Assembly (NCBI RefSeq): GCF_009914755.1
Contig: NC_060928.1
Length of the DNA stretch: 64,000 bases
Reading direction: 5' to 3' (one strand)
Source of the DNA: the human T2T-CHM13v2.0 reference genome, Homo sapiens
Under the pieces are notes generated by a model. The model was not told where the DNA came from, made no database searches, and saw only the letters and a list, made by a program, of their open reading frames with translations. Shown piece by piece: positions 14,196 to 27,376 of the stretch. Both the position numbers and the translations under genes were made by a program. Within the stretch, counting starts at the first letter, position 1. Each line of letters begins with the position of its first letter.

Positions 14196-14484
14196 TACAG
14201 TGTAACCATATCCATGTCTCAATCACCTGCCTAACTCTACTAGAAGGAGGGAACGTGTCAGTGCTGGTTGAATTGTGACTTTCTCATGGGGTAGGGGGTG
14301 GGTTATAGGAACATGAGATATAAAACGTACCAGAAAAGTTATCCAACCTCTAGGCGTCCCCCTCCTTGGACACCTTCAGGTTCCATGGCGATATGATTTG
14401 GCTCTGTGTCCCCACCCAAATCTCATCTCAAATCGTAATCTGAGCAGTGGAGTAATATGATCTAAGCTTTATACATCCTATATA

Positions 14485-16430
14485 TTTAACACCATCTCAA
14501 ATTTACAAAAAAAGTTACAAGTATGGGACAAATAATTTTTGTCCCTGAGTCATCTGAAAGTAAGCTGCCAGCATGATGCCTGTCACCCCTGGACACTTTA
14601 CTATGCATTTCCAACAAACAGAGAGAATGACCATCAAAATCACGACGTTCACAACATGCATTTTTACCATTTGAACCTCAGACCACATTCAGGTTTCATC
14701 CTTTGTCCCAATAATGTTCTTTATAACAAAAGGAGCCAGGGTGGAATCACACATTGCCTTTAGATATCAAGCTCCTTTAGTCTCCTTCAGTCTGAAATGT
14801 TTTCTCAGTCTTTCTGTGATTTTCGTGACCTTGACTCTTTTGAAGATGACTGGCCAATCATTTGATAGAATATCCTTCAATCTGCATTTGTCTGACCTTT
14901 CACCCTGATTAGAATTAGGATATGCATCTTTGGCAGAAATATCACATGAATGGCAATGTGTTCTCTAGGTTGCATCCTATCAGATGCACAAGAACTCAAT
15001 TTGTCCCATGACTGATGATGTTCACCTGCATCACCTGGTTAAAGTGGCATCTGCCCACCTTCTCCATTGTGAAGTTACTATTTTTACTGTTCTTCCCTCT
15101 GCAGTTGATAATTATTTTTATATAAATATCCTGTTCCTCATGAAACCTTCAATGTATTCAGTTATTAATAACACTATGGACTCCTGTTTTCCTGTTTTAT
15201 TCTGTGGGCCATAATTCTTAACTCCCATTACTTATTTGTATTTAGATTACTCCAGAAATGTCCAGCAGTGGCTTCTGTGTTCTGGCATGTTTCCATCATT
15301 GTTTGGGTGCTTAATTTCTGGGTAACAAGATGTTCTAGGCTCCTTTCTGCCTCAGTCCCAGAATCAACCATTTCTTCTAGGGTGCATCTTCCTTTTAGTT
15401 GAGATGAAATTTGGAATCCAAAACCTGGGTACAATGTAGGCTCACTGCTTTTGGAATGTCAGTGCCCTCAGGTTCTCTCAATAGACAAAACTAAGGAATA
15501 TATGTGTTTATATACACATCTAGTTGCAAGTATACATACATGCACACATCTTTCATCTATATTTCTATGTCGATTTAGGTATTGAATGTTATGAGTTCCT
15601 ATCAATACCTCCAATCGCAATCCCCTCTACAAGGGTCTTTCCAGATTCTCTCTTTCCATATTTGTAACTTGATGCTCCAACAGCAAGAAATCTTTCTCCT
15701 TTGCTTTTAATATATTTGCCTACCTGATGAGTCCCCATGGGTATAAATAATCCTCCATCTCCATTGCCATTCTCTCCCTTAGAAGGATGTTATTCTTGGT
15801 CCACTGGGGTCCTGACAGCTGGTGCTAGGCCTTCTCCATGCATGGATGCCCTGCTCATCCTGCCTGGCCTCTGACATCTTTATGGGGTCACTTTTCTCTC
15901 CTTGTATCTAACACCCTACACTGAGCTGCCCCTTTTGGTGCTTTCTTCATTTAGCCAGAGCTCAAACACTCATGCCTGGCAGCCCTCCTCCTTGGATGCC
16001 TTCTTCAGGTTCCATGGTGATATGGTTTGGTTCTGTGTCATCACCCAAATCTCATATCAAATTGTAATCCCCATGTGTTGGAGGAGGGGCCTGGTGGGAG
16101 ATGATTGGATCATGGGGGTGGATTTCTCCCTTGCTATTCTCATGATAGTGAGTGAGTTCTCACAAGATCTGATGGTTTTAAAGTGTGACACTCCCCTCTT
16201 TCCACCCCTCCTGCTATCATGCCTTCCACCATGATTGTAAGTTTCCTGAGGCCTCCCCAGTCATGGGAACTCTGAGTTAATTAAACCTCTTTTCTTTATA
16301 AATTACCCAGTCTCAGGTAGTTCTTCATAGCGTGTGAAAACGAACTAATACACATAGCCTGATATTCTGCTCCAGGCCACCCTTTGATAGAGGCTCTCCT
16401 TACTCCACCTGTCCCACCTGACCAGCTGAA
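14485..16430 (-). mobile_element. Old L1 3' UTR (L1MC4/5-like) containing an MST LTR
   Basis: ctcaaatttacaaaaaaagttacaag...gtaagctgccagcatgatgcc. Confidence 0.65.
16018..16352 (+). mobile_element. MSTA-like solo LTR
   Basis: tgatatggtttgg...aactaataca; near-TSD catgg/catag. Confidence 0.88.
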
Positions 16431-17269
16431 AGGAGGCACATGTATCACACCTGTTCAGTGGCAGCTTAGGCCCTCTCTCCTTGGAAGGGTATATCAATTT
16501 TCACAGTTTGTGGCTCTGCCATTTTCAAAGGCTACAGTGAAATCTGAGCAGGAAATGAAAATCATCCATTTCTGCAGTACTCCCTGAAATCATTACATCA
16601 TCACTAACTTTCCCCGAGTTCCCATGTGATGTTGGAGCTGGAAGGCCCCCATTTACCAGAACCAGATAGCTTATTTCATGCCTGTTTGCTTTTGCACAGG
16701 CTGTCTCTCTGCTTGGAATGCTTTTCCCATGTGCGATAAACCCCTCCATTCCAAATATTTTAACTCTGTGAAACTTTCTTTGATCCCTAAATTTGACCCC
16801 AAGTTAATCATTTTTCTCCCTCTGCTACAATTTTCACATTTAGCTTTTAAAAGATATCTAATATATTGTGCACCTCTTATACTAGGCTGTGAACTCCAAC
16901 TCCCTGAGACAAGTTGTTCATTCATTCGTCAAATATTTATTGAGCTCCTACCATTGTAAAAGGCTCTGTGCTAAGTACTAAGGATGAAAATGGAGAACAA
17001 GATGCAGCACTTTCCCTCAAAGAGCTTGCAGTCTAGTGGGGAGTTTCATTAGGTAACCAAGCCATCCTAATCCATATTGCTGGCTTAGAGTCTGACACAT
17101 GGAAGATGGTGAATGAATGCTTATTGGAATTTCTAAGACTGGTGGCAAGAGCATGGAACACAGTACTCATTCCCTGCTAAAGACTGTTCTCGCTGTCTCT
17201 GTCCTCAAGGAGCTGGTTGTTTACTGGGAGAGACAGACACCAACTGTATATAAAAAGAGCACTAGAGTG

Positions 17270-17760
17270 TTTTCCAGGCCATGATGTGGCACACTCACTG
17301 TGAGCTGCTGCAGCAGACACCGTTGGGTCTGCCCAGGGCCCTCAGATATCCTGCATGCCCTTTTCTGGCTCTGCATGCCCATCCTCCATGCTTCTGTGAG
17401 CTCCACTCTTAAGACTCACCCTGCAGCCTTCTTGGAGGGACTAACCTGGGCTACTGCAGCCACTTCTGCAATGGCAGTGAGCGTCAGCATTTCAAAAACA
17501 GACAGGCAGGAGGGTAGGACAGCCCGTGTTCCTTGCCTCCAAGCAGATGTAACCTACTCTGGGGAGCTCGGGATCAGGCTGGGACTGGGACTTCTGATGT
17601 GATGTCCTTGTGTGGCCTCTTCTCCTTTCCTCTCCTGCTTCCTCCACTCCCCTCTTGCTTTCTTGTGAGAGCACTTCCTTCATAAATACTTTGCCCAGTC
17701 ATTCTCCACGGGTTAGCATGTGGGAAACCTGGTCCAGACACTGCGTTCGCAATACCTGGC
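17270..17760 (+). mobile_element. Old ERVL LTR (LTR16-like)
   Basis: ttgggtctgcccagggccctcagatatcc...gggaaacctggtccagaca. Confidence 0.45.
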
Positions 17761-17825
17761 CCTGCTAATGTGTAGCTCACAGGGCAGGTGTGTGCTCCAG
17801 CCGGGAATCCAGCCAGCTAAGTATC

Positions 17826-18195
17826 TGATATAGTTTGGCTGTGTCCCCACCCAAATCTCATCCTGAATTGTAGTTCCCATAATCCCCAGTGTCGTGGGAG
17901 GGACCCAGTGAGAGGTAATTTAGTCATGGGGGCTGTTACCCTCATGCTGTTCTTGTGATAGTGAATGAGTTCTCATTTGACAGTTTTATAAGGGGCTTTT
18001 CCCCTCTCTGCTCAGCACTCCTCCTTCCTGCCCCCATGTAAAGAAGAACGCGTTTGCTTTCCCTTCCGCCATGATTGTAAGTTTCCTGAGGCCTCCCCGG
18101 CCATGCTAAACTGTGAGTCAATTAAACCTCTTTCCTTTATAAATTACCCAGTCTCAGGTATGTTTTTATTAGCAGCGTGGGAATGGTCTAATACA
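17826..18195 (+). mobile_element. THE1C/D solo LTR
   Basis: tgatatagtttggctgtgtccccaccc...ctaataca; perfect TSD GTATC. Confidence 0.93.
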
Positions 18196-18446
18196 GTATC
18201 CAACCAATCAAGTGCAGCTTCAGAGACCTTGGGCTTTAAGAAAAGGGCTGAAGGCCAGAGAAGATTTCTCAGTGAAGGTGAGTTGAGCAGGGCCTTAGGG
18301 GAGGGTAGGTCATTAGGTAGAAAGTTGGGCATTGCAAGGCGAGAAAACAGTGTATGAGCTGCTGTGAAAGACATGGGAAGGGGAGAAGCTCAGGCTGTTT
18401 CTCCTCCACCAGAGAATGCCCTCCTCCTTCCTCCCCCTTCCTCCCA

Positions 18447-18538
18447 ACACACACACACAACACACACACACACACACACACCAGTTTTCTCCCGGAAACT
18501 GAGCTAATCCAGCCACGCCCCGACAGACATTTGCAGTG

Positions 18539-18578
<40 letters not shown>

Positions 18579-18634
18579 AGTTTTCTCCCGGAAACTGAGC
18601 TAATCCAGCCACGCCCCGACAGACATTTGCAGTG

Positions 18635-18678
<44 letters not shown>

Positions 18679-18743
18679 AGTTTTCTCCCTGAAATTGAAC
18701 TAATTCAGCCAGGGCCCCCCTACAAACGTTTGTAGTGATTTTA
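18447..18743. repeat. Compound tandem repeat: three (CA)n tracts alternating with three ~64-bp units
   Basis: Units at 18481-18544 and 18577-18640 identical; unit from 18677 diverged; spacers (CA)16 and (CA)18. Confidence 0.95.
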
Positions 18744-18859
18744 CTCCCAGCGTGGACTCTCCTGCCCGGTCAGCTTCAAGGATTCCTTTGGTCCCAGAAA
18801 TAGCCAAGGTGGCGGTGAAGGGAGGAGCTGTTTCATTTCCGAAATGAAAAAGTTTAAGA

Positions 18860-19440
18860 TAATTACACAGACGGCTTGAGCCTGCAATGGACAAAAAGTT
18901 TCATTATTGGACCCCTTTGGGGAAGGCGCCTCCCATCCCCAAAGGAGCGGGTTAACCGCTCGGCTGGCGCGGCCCCGCCCGGGTCGCCGTCTGAGAGGGA
19001 CGGTCGCGCCCCCTTTGAAGTGCGGCCGCGCCTAATGAGGGACTCGCTGGGCCTCGGGATCAAGTGTCAGCGCCGCCCCAGACGCCGCAGGGCAGACAAA
19101 GGGCGCGGGCCGCCTGGCGGCGCTGGGAGGAGCGTGCGGCCCGCGGCGCTGAGCCGGACAAAGGCGGAGACGGGCGCGCGGCGGGGTCCCACGGGCAGAA
19201 GAGCCTGGCCTCCAGCGCCCGGCGCCCGGTTCGCTGCCTCCGGAGCCCCCAAGAGCCTCTCTGAGGGCGGGAGCGGTAGCGCAGGCCACGCCGACGGCGA
19301 CCACAACGCGCCTGCGCCAAGCCCCGGCCCCAGCGTAACCTCGTGGGTGACAGTGTGACCTGGGTTTTCTCCGATACGCGCGATGTGCCCGCTGAGGGCA
19401 ATATAGCACCCGCCTCGCACCTCACCCTTAGGCGTGCCAG
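18860..19440. promoter_or_regulatory. CpG island with no associated coding exon (orphan island candidate)
   Basis: Very GC- and CpG-rich; NotI site gcggccgc at 19022; GC boxes (ggccccgccc, gagggcggga). Confidence 0.85.
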
Positions 19441-19516
19441 GCACTCTTCTAAATCCGAGCTTCTATTAACCCATTTCCTGTCCTGCATCACTTTGCAAGG
19501 TGGGTGGGGTGAGTAG

Positions 19517-19970
19517 CCCCATTGTCCAGCTCACTCCATTCTACAGATCAACCCATTGTATAGCTCACCCCACTGTCCAGCTCACCACATTGTACACGTC
19601 ACTTCATTGTACACATCAGCCATTGTACAGACCACCCCATTGTACAGATCACCTCGTTGTACAGATCACCTCATTGCACAGATCACCCCATTGTACAGAT
19701 CACCTCATTGTACCGATCGTCCCATTGCACAGATTGTCCCATTGTACACATCACTCCATTGCACAGATCACCCCATTGAACACATCACCTCATTGTACAG
19801 ATAACCCCTTAGTACAGATCACCTCATTGTACAGCTCGTCCCATTGCACAGATCGCCCCATTGTACACATCACCCCATTGTACACATCACCCCATTGTAC
19901 AGATCACCCCATTGTATAAACCACCCAATTGTGCAGATCCCATTGTACAGATCACCCCACTGTACAGATC
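19517..19970. repeat. Minisatellite, 17-bp unit CCCATTGTACAGATCAC, ~27 degenerate copies, inside a MIR
   Basis: Unit read directly; MIR-like flanks gtgccaggcactcttctaa...aggtgggt and gaggcgcagaagg...atcacagagctag. Confidence 0.93.
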
Positions 19971-21192
19971 TGTGAAGCGAGGCGCAGAAGGAGTCCCAGA
20001 TCACAGAGCTAGAAGGGATGCTGCTGGGCAGGGTGGCCTCAGAGTCCCAGACAGATGTTTAAATATTTGACATTTTTGTCGTCTTGTGTGTGTATGTGTT
20101 TTTAAAAACCCTTCATTTATTTATTTAAATTTAGAAATATATTTACTTTGATTAAAAATATATTACATTAAAGTATTCTTTATCTTGGTTATTGAGATTT
20201 TGGGCGCCCTCTTAAATTTTGGGTCCCAGGCGAGTGAGGCCCTGTCTGGCTTTTATGCCTCTTTACTGCCTGGGTCGAGGCTTTGGATCCTCACAACAAG
20301 CTCTCGCAGGCAGGGTTACTGACCCCTTGGATATTTCAGAAGGGGAAAAACTGAAGCTCAAAGATGTGAAGTGACCTGCCCAGGGATGCCCAGCAGGGAC
20401 TGTGACACCAGCTAGTTAAGGTACCAAGTCAGTACCTTGCAGGCCCTTAGCTACCTTTGTTTTGTGGAGCCTGGCCGTCATCATAGCAAACTTCAAAACA
20501 CATTACATATGGCCTTTTTATTCCATAATATCTGAAACTATATTTTAAAAATAATTTTGATTTTGCTTTTAGTTGGCTACAAGGCACTAATTTACAGTGG
20601 CTGTGATTTCACAGAAATGATTGGGTGTACTGGGAAATTCTTGCAAAGTGAGAAAATTAAATCCTTTTCACATGTAATGAAATTTTTAGGAATAATTAAT
20701 TTAGCATTTTAATGATGTTGACACGGTGCTACCTTCTGTAGACATTTAATTAGACATTTATTAGTTTTGACTTTGTAGTTTGCTTTCCTCCTGGTGGAGC
20801 CAAAAATTACTTTTCCAGGTCTCCAGCATTTTTGTTGGAAATCCCTTCCAGCAGCATGGGGGTCCCAGGCAACTTTCTTAGGGTACCCAACCCCTAGGAT
20901 GGTCCTGCCCACTTCAGTCCCCCACCTCCTCCCCATGCTAGGGGTGGGGCACCTCCCATCTTTCTAGTGTCCTGGCTTTCATGTAAGCAGGACCTTCTCA
21001 GGTCAGGCCCTGCTAAGCTGTAGATTCCCTGGAGTCCAGTGTGATTGTAACCATGTCTCAATCACCAGCCTAACTCTAATAGAAGGAGGGTACTTGTCAG
21101 TGCTGAATTGAATTGTGAGTTTCTCATGAGAGGTTGGGGTAGAAGGACATGAGATATTAAGTGTACCAGAAAAAGGATGGGTAGTTCTGGTG

Positions 21193-21563
21193 TGTTTCAG
21201 TCAGCTCTGGCTGCTATAACAAAATACCATAGCCATAGGGTGGCTCAGATAACATTGACTTCTCATAGGTCTGGAGGCTGAAAGTCCAAGAAGTAGGGGC
21301 CAGCTGATTCTTGTCTGGTAAGGGCTCCTGTCCTGGCTTGCGGATGGCTGCCTTCTTGCTGTGTTCTCACATAGTGGAGAGAGAGAGGGAACAAGCTCTC
21401 TGGTCTCTTCCTATAAAGGCACTAATCCAGTCATGAAGATCCCACCCTCATGACCTCATCTCAACTAAACTATCTCCAAAGGCCCCACCTCCAAATACCA
21501 ACCTTGGGAGTTAAGGCTTCAACATATGAATATGGAGGGAACACAAACATTCTGTCCATAACA
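21193..21563 (-). mobile_element. MLT1A0-like solo LTR
   Basis: ctgctataacaaaataccatag...acacaaacattctgtccataaca; TSD TGGTG. Confidence 0.88.
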
Positions 21564-23055
21564 TGGTGCTACTACTCATGTTGTGTGTCCCCAGGGAAGT
21601 TTCTGCACCTCTCTGTTCCTCAGTTTCCCCTTCTGGAAAATGAAGGTGGATCAGAAAATTTCCTATCTGAAGCTCCTTTCAGTGCCATCATTCTCTCATA
21701 TGGGTTCATGGAAGAAGCAGTTTGGTTTCATGCAACTGAGCATTAGGGAAAGGTAAAGTTCTAATGGCCTACTTTCGCAAATGGGGTCAAATAGATATTT
21801 TCTCCAGTGATAGCCTGTGATTCTCTGTGATTTTTTTTTCTGGGTGCACTCTCCTCACTTTTCCTTGAATCCTTAGCAGACACTGCCATGGTCTTTCTGT
21901 GTGTCTCATGCCATTGTGACTTGTGTGACCACCAGGCATTGGGCTTGGCATGTGGCAGGTGCTCATTGCAGGAGGGAACATCTTTTCCAGATGAGGAAAC
22001 TGAGGCACAGAGAGGTCTGAGTCAATGCAAAAGCAATCTAACTGCTATGATGTTTCTGCACAGCCTTCTCTGGAAGAGGAGAGATTTTATATATCTGCAA
22101 ATTGCATGGACTTTCTTCTTACCTGTACCCAAACCACAGCTGCATGAGGTCAGTGAGGGACACTGTGTTCCCACTAGAACAGCTTTCAGGGCAGAAGACA
22201 GCTTTCCTCCTTACAAAGGAATCTCACATCCAGTCCTCCACAACCTATTTTACCCAAAGGCTTCTGACTAAAGACAGCTGTCTGGGGGCCCAGGAGCCAG
22301 GGTGCCAGTTCCAGCCCTGGCACAAGCATTCTTTGTGACTTGGAGCAGGTCCCTTACCCTCTTGGAGCCTTTGTTTCCTCCTCAGGGAACCAGAAGTCTG
22401 GACTAGATCAGAGCTTCTCAAATCATCCGAGGATCCTGTTAAAATGTGGAGCCTGATGAGGAGACCTGCTGGGGGCAGACATCCTGCACTTCTAACAAGC
22501 TCCCAGAGGATGCAGTTACTTTTGCCCATCTGTGGATTCACTGAGGAGCAAGCAGGACTTCTAAGGTCACCTCTTGCTCTGAAGGGACAGACCTTGAGCC
22601 CTGGCAGTGGGCACAAAGAGAGTGACAAAAACAAAAAACAAACAAACAACAACAACAACAAAAACCCAGTTGCCCAGATTTGGGTCAGCCAGGAGAGCAC
22701 AGAATGTGAAATGATTCCAGAGGGATCCTTCCAACCACAGATACAAAAATCAACATCGTCATCGTCACCATCAGCAAACATTTGTGCAGTGCTTTCCCCT
22801 GTCCTGAGCAGCTGTCACATCCTTGAACCCAGTTGACCCCTACAGGCACCCTGGTGGGAGAGGAGGACACGGCTGAGGAATCCATTCAGTCCCGGTGGAG
22901 GAGCTGGGCAAGAGCACAATAGTCCCTGAAAGGATTGTTTCCATGCAGCCCTTTGATTTTCTTAGCATTTTTTTTTTTTTGGTGCCTGCTTTCTGACCCC
23001 TTCTTCCTTTGTCTCCTAATGCACCCCCACCCCGCTCCTAATTCTTCCCTCCCCC

Positions 23056-23056
<1 letters not shown>

Positions 23057-23092
<36 letters not shown>
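23057..23092. repeat. (CA)n microsatellite
   Basis: Direct reading. Confidence 0.95.
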
Positions 23093-23097
<5 letters not shown>

Positions 23098-23479
23098 CGT
23101 CAGGAGGAGAAAATCAGTGTATCCACCCACAGATTTCTCACTTTGATCCTTTCCTGTCTCACCGCCTGGAACCCAGCTTCAGAGACCAGGATTCTGGCTC
23201 GTTTTGGGGTGACCCAGTCACTTCCACTCTTCTCACTTGTAACTATGCAATTTTCCTTAAGGTGACATTTGTGAAGGATTTATGTTGTCTGGGCACTATG
23301 CTGAGTGACTTCATTCTCACTTCACCCTAGGGAGTGGGAACTCTTAACTATCTCCACTTCATTGGTGAGAAAACTGAGCCTTTAGGATGTTTGCCTGCCC
23401 AAGGTCACCTAGTTAGTAAATGATGGAGTCAGGACATTACCTGACCTTGGCTGACTGACATCAAAGATCATTGTAGATG

Positions 23480-24140
23480 AACGCACAGTTGTAAGAAGTA
23501 ATACAGAGAGATTTGTGTAACTCTTATCCAGTTTTCTCCAAAGGGAGCATCTTGCAAAACTGTACTACAATATCATAACAAAGATATTGACACTGATAAA
23601 ATCCACCAGCCTTATTCAGATTTCCTCAGTTTTACTTGTCCTCATGTGAGTGTATTTAGTTCTTTGCAATTTTAACATGTATGTAGGTCCATGTATGTAG
23701 CGCCACAGTCAAGATACACAACAGCTCTGTCAGCACAGGCTTCTGCAGCCTTTAATAATCACATCTACTTCTCCATGTCACCCAGCATCCCTCATTCTTG
23801 TAACACTAAACCTGTTCTCTATCTCTATAATTTCATTATTTCGAGAATGTTCTGTAAGTGGAAGTATATGCTTCTGGGATTGGCTTTTTGACTCAGTCTA
23901 ATTCTCTTGAGAGTCACTGAGTTATGGCATGCATCAGTAGTGTTTTTTTTTTTTTTTAATTTTAACTGAGTGGTGTTCCATGGCATAGAAGTACCACAGT
24001 TTCTTTAACCATTTACCCACTGAAGAATATCTGTGTCCAGTTTCTGGCCATTATGAGAAATGCTGCTGTGAACATTCACGTACAGGTGTTTGTGCAAACA
24101 AAAGTTTTTACTTTTCTGGGAAAAGTGTCCAAGGGTATAA
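23480..24140 (-). mobile_element. L1MC-like 3' fragment
   Basis: cacagttgtaagaagtaatacagagagat...catcttgcaaaactgtactacaatatcataac. Confidence 0.8.
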
Positions 24141-24219
24141 AGTCCTTGCTTTTACTCCCAACGTTGTGTGGCCCTCTAGGTTGGTTGCAAAGATCTTTTT
24201 TAAAAAGAGCAATGTAAGT

Positions 24220-24445
24220 TGAGATCTTACTATATATTTGATACTATGGTAAGTACTTTGCATGGATCAACTCATAAGTCCACAAAACAACCTTAGGCTT
24301 AAGTACTGGTGATATCCCCATTTTGCAGATGAGGAAACTGAGGCGTAGAGAGGCTACATAGTCTAAGGACACACAGAGTGTAAACAGTTGAGCCAGGATT
24401 TGAGCTCAGGCTGCCTGACTCCAGATCTGGCTATTTAACCAGCCT
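24220..24445 (-). mobile_element. MIR
   Basis: ccccattttgcagatgaggaaactgaggc core. Confidence 0.9.
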
Positions 24446-25016
24446 ATGAATGAAGTTTCTTGTTTTGGCGAGGGGCAAACTTCTTCTGAAAGTAGAACTT
24501 GTATCCAGCAATTTGCATAACTCAAGTGCCCAGCACTAAGAACTTTTACAAAATGATGAATATCCCCTTGGAACCACCACTCAGATCAAGATATGAAGCC
24601 TGATAGATGCCCTGAAGTCCCCCTCCTATGTGCCTCCTGTCATTATCCCCTAAGAAAGGGAACCGCTATTTGTACTGCAGTTGCTGTATATTAGTTTTGC
24701 TCATTTTTGGATTTTATATAAATGAAACCATAGAGTAGGCTGTCTTTTATATCTGGCTTCCTTCATTCAACAATGTGCGTGCAAGACTCCTCCCTGTAGC
24801 CGTGTATAGTAGTCATGTGCTCTTTCTTCTTGCTGCCCTGTATTCCATTGTATGGATATGCCACAGCTTGTTTATTTCTTCTCCAGTTGAATGGCATGTG
24901 GTTTGCTTCCGGTTTTGGCTATCATGATTTATGCTGCTATACACACATAAATATAAATATTTAGAGTTTTCCTAGTTATGTTATTATTGATTTCTAGCTT
25001 AATTTCACTATGATCA

Positions 25017-25349
<333 letters not shown>

Positions 25350-25361
25350 GGGAATATGTAA

Positions 25362-25814
<453 letters not shown>

Positions 25815-26258
25815 TAATGGATTTGACTGTTTCTCCTTTTGTCCCACTTTCTTTGAGGCTATGTTTTTTGCTGCATGCAAATTTTAAATTATTATCTTAT
25901 TAAATGACTTTTTGATATTATAAAATATCTCTAGTAACAAATCTTGCCTTACAGAATGTATTGTCTTTATATGTTATATAACTACATATGTATGTGTTAT
26001 AATTATGTAGTGTTGTTATTAAGTATATGTTAATGTAGTTATGTATCAGCTTTTCCTGTCCTTTTAATTTCAGTTTTTCAGACTCCTTATCTTTAAGGTA
26101 AATGTTTCATATAATCACAATGTAATTGGGTTTTACTATTTTAGATATCTGATAATTTTTGGATTGCTAAAAAAATTTTGAAAATTATTCCATTTTCCCC
26201 ACCCTGCTAACTTATTCGTTATGCATTCTGTATTATTCCTGTACCTGTTCCCGTAGAG

Positions 26259-26600
26259 CAGCGGTCCCCAATCTTTTCCGCACCAGGGACCAGTTTAATG
26301 GAAGACAATTTTTTTCATGGATCGGGGGCAGGGGAATGGTTTTGGGATGAAACTGTTCCAGCTCAGGTCATCAGGCATTGTTAGATTCTCATAAAGAGCC
26401 TGCAACCTAGATCCCTGGAATGTGCAGCTCACGATAGGGTTGGCGCTCCTATGAGAATCTAATGCAGCTGCTGATCTGACAGGAGGCGGAGCTCAGGCGG
26501 CAATGCTCGCTCACCCCTCACTCACCTCCTGCTGTGCGGCCTGGTTCCTAACAGGCCACAGACTGCTACCTGTCCATGGCCCAGAGGTTGGGAACCCCTG
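26259..26600. mobile_element. MER1B hAT-Charlie DNA transposon
   Basis: TIRs cagcggtccccaa / gttgggaacccctg; 8-bp near-TSD ccgtagag/ccctagag. Confidence 0.92.
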
Positions 26601-26990
26601 CCCTAGAGAGTAGAATACTCATTGTTGGCTTGTTACATTCTGTTTAGTTTTGGATGTTACCATGGCAAGTGTTGTTAGTACAACACCATTAGTCCATTTC
26701 TCTCCTTCTGCTTTTTGTGCTACGTTATCATGTATTTAATTCTACATATATTTTAATTTCCTGAGAACATTGTTACTTTTGGTTTAAGTTGTCAGAATTT
26801 ACTTATATTTACCCATATACCAATATATTTACCATTCCCAGCACTCCTCATTTATTTCTACCTTTTCGTGTTTCTATCTTGAATCATTTCCTTTAATACT
26901 TCTTTTAGTGTTGGTCTACTGGCAATGCATTTTCAAAGTTTTTTCTTGCCTGAAGTATCTTCATTTTACCTTTATTTTATTTTTAATTGG

Positions 26991-27376
<386 letters not shown>

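Noticed and set aside
18447-18743. CRISPR-like repeat/spacer appearance
   Set aside because: Primate DNA; spacers are (CA)n, repeats are 64 bp, and there are no cas genes
18863-19491. Overlapping ORFs of up to 160 aa on both strands in the CpG island
   Set aside because: Arg/Gly/Pro/Ala-rich, present in many frames, no recognisable domain; expected from stop-codon scarcity in GC-rich DNA
19500-19919. 139-aa ORF with repeated HCT/His-Cys motifs resembling a metal-binding protein
   Set aside because: It is the translation of the 17-bp minisatellite, and the spacing does not fit a zinc finger
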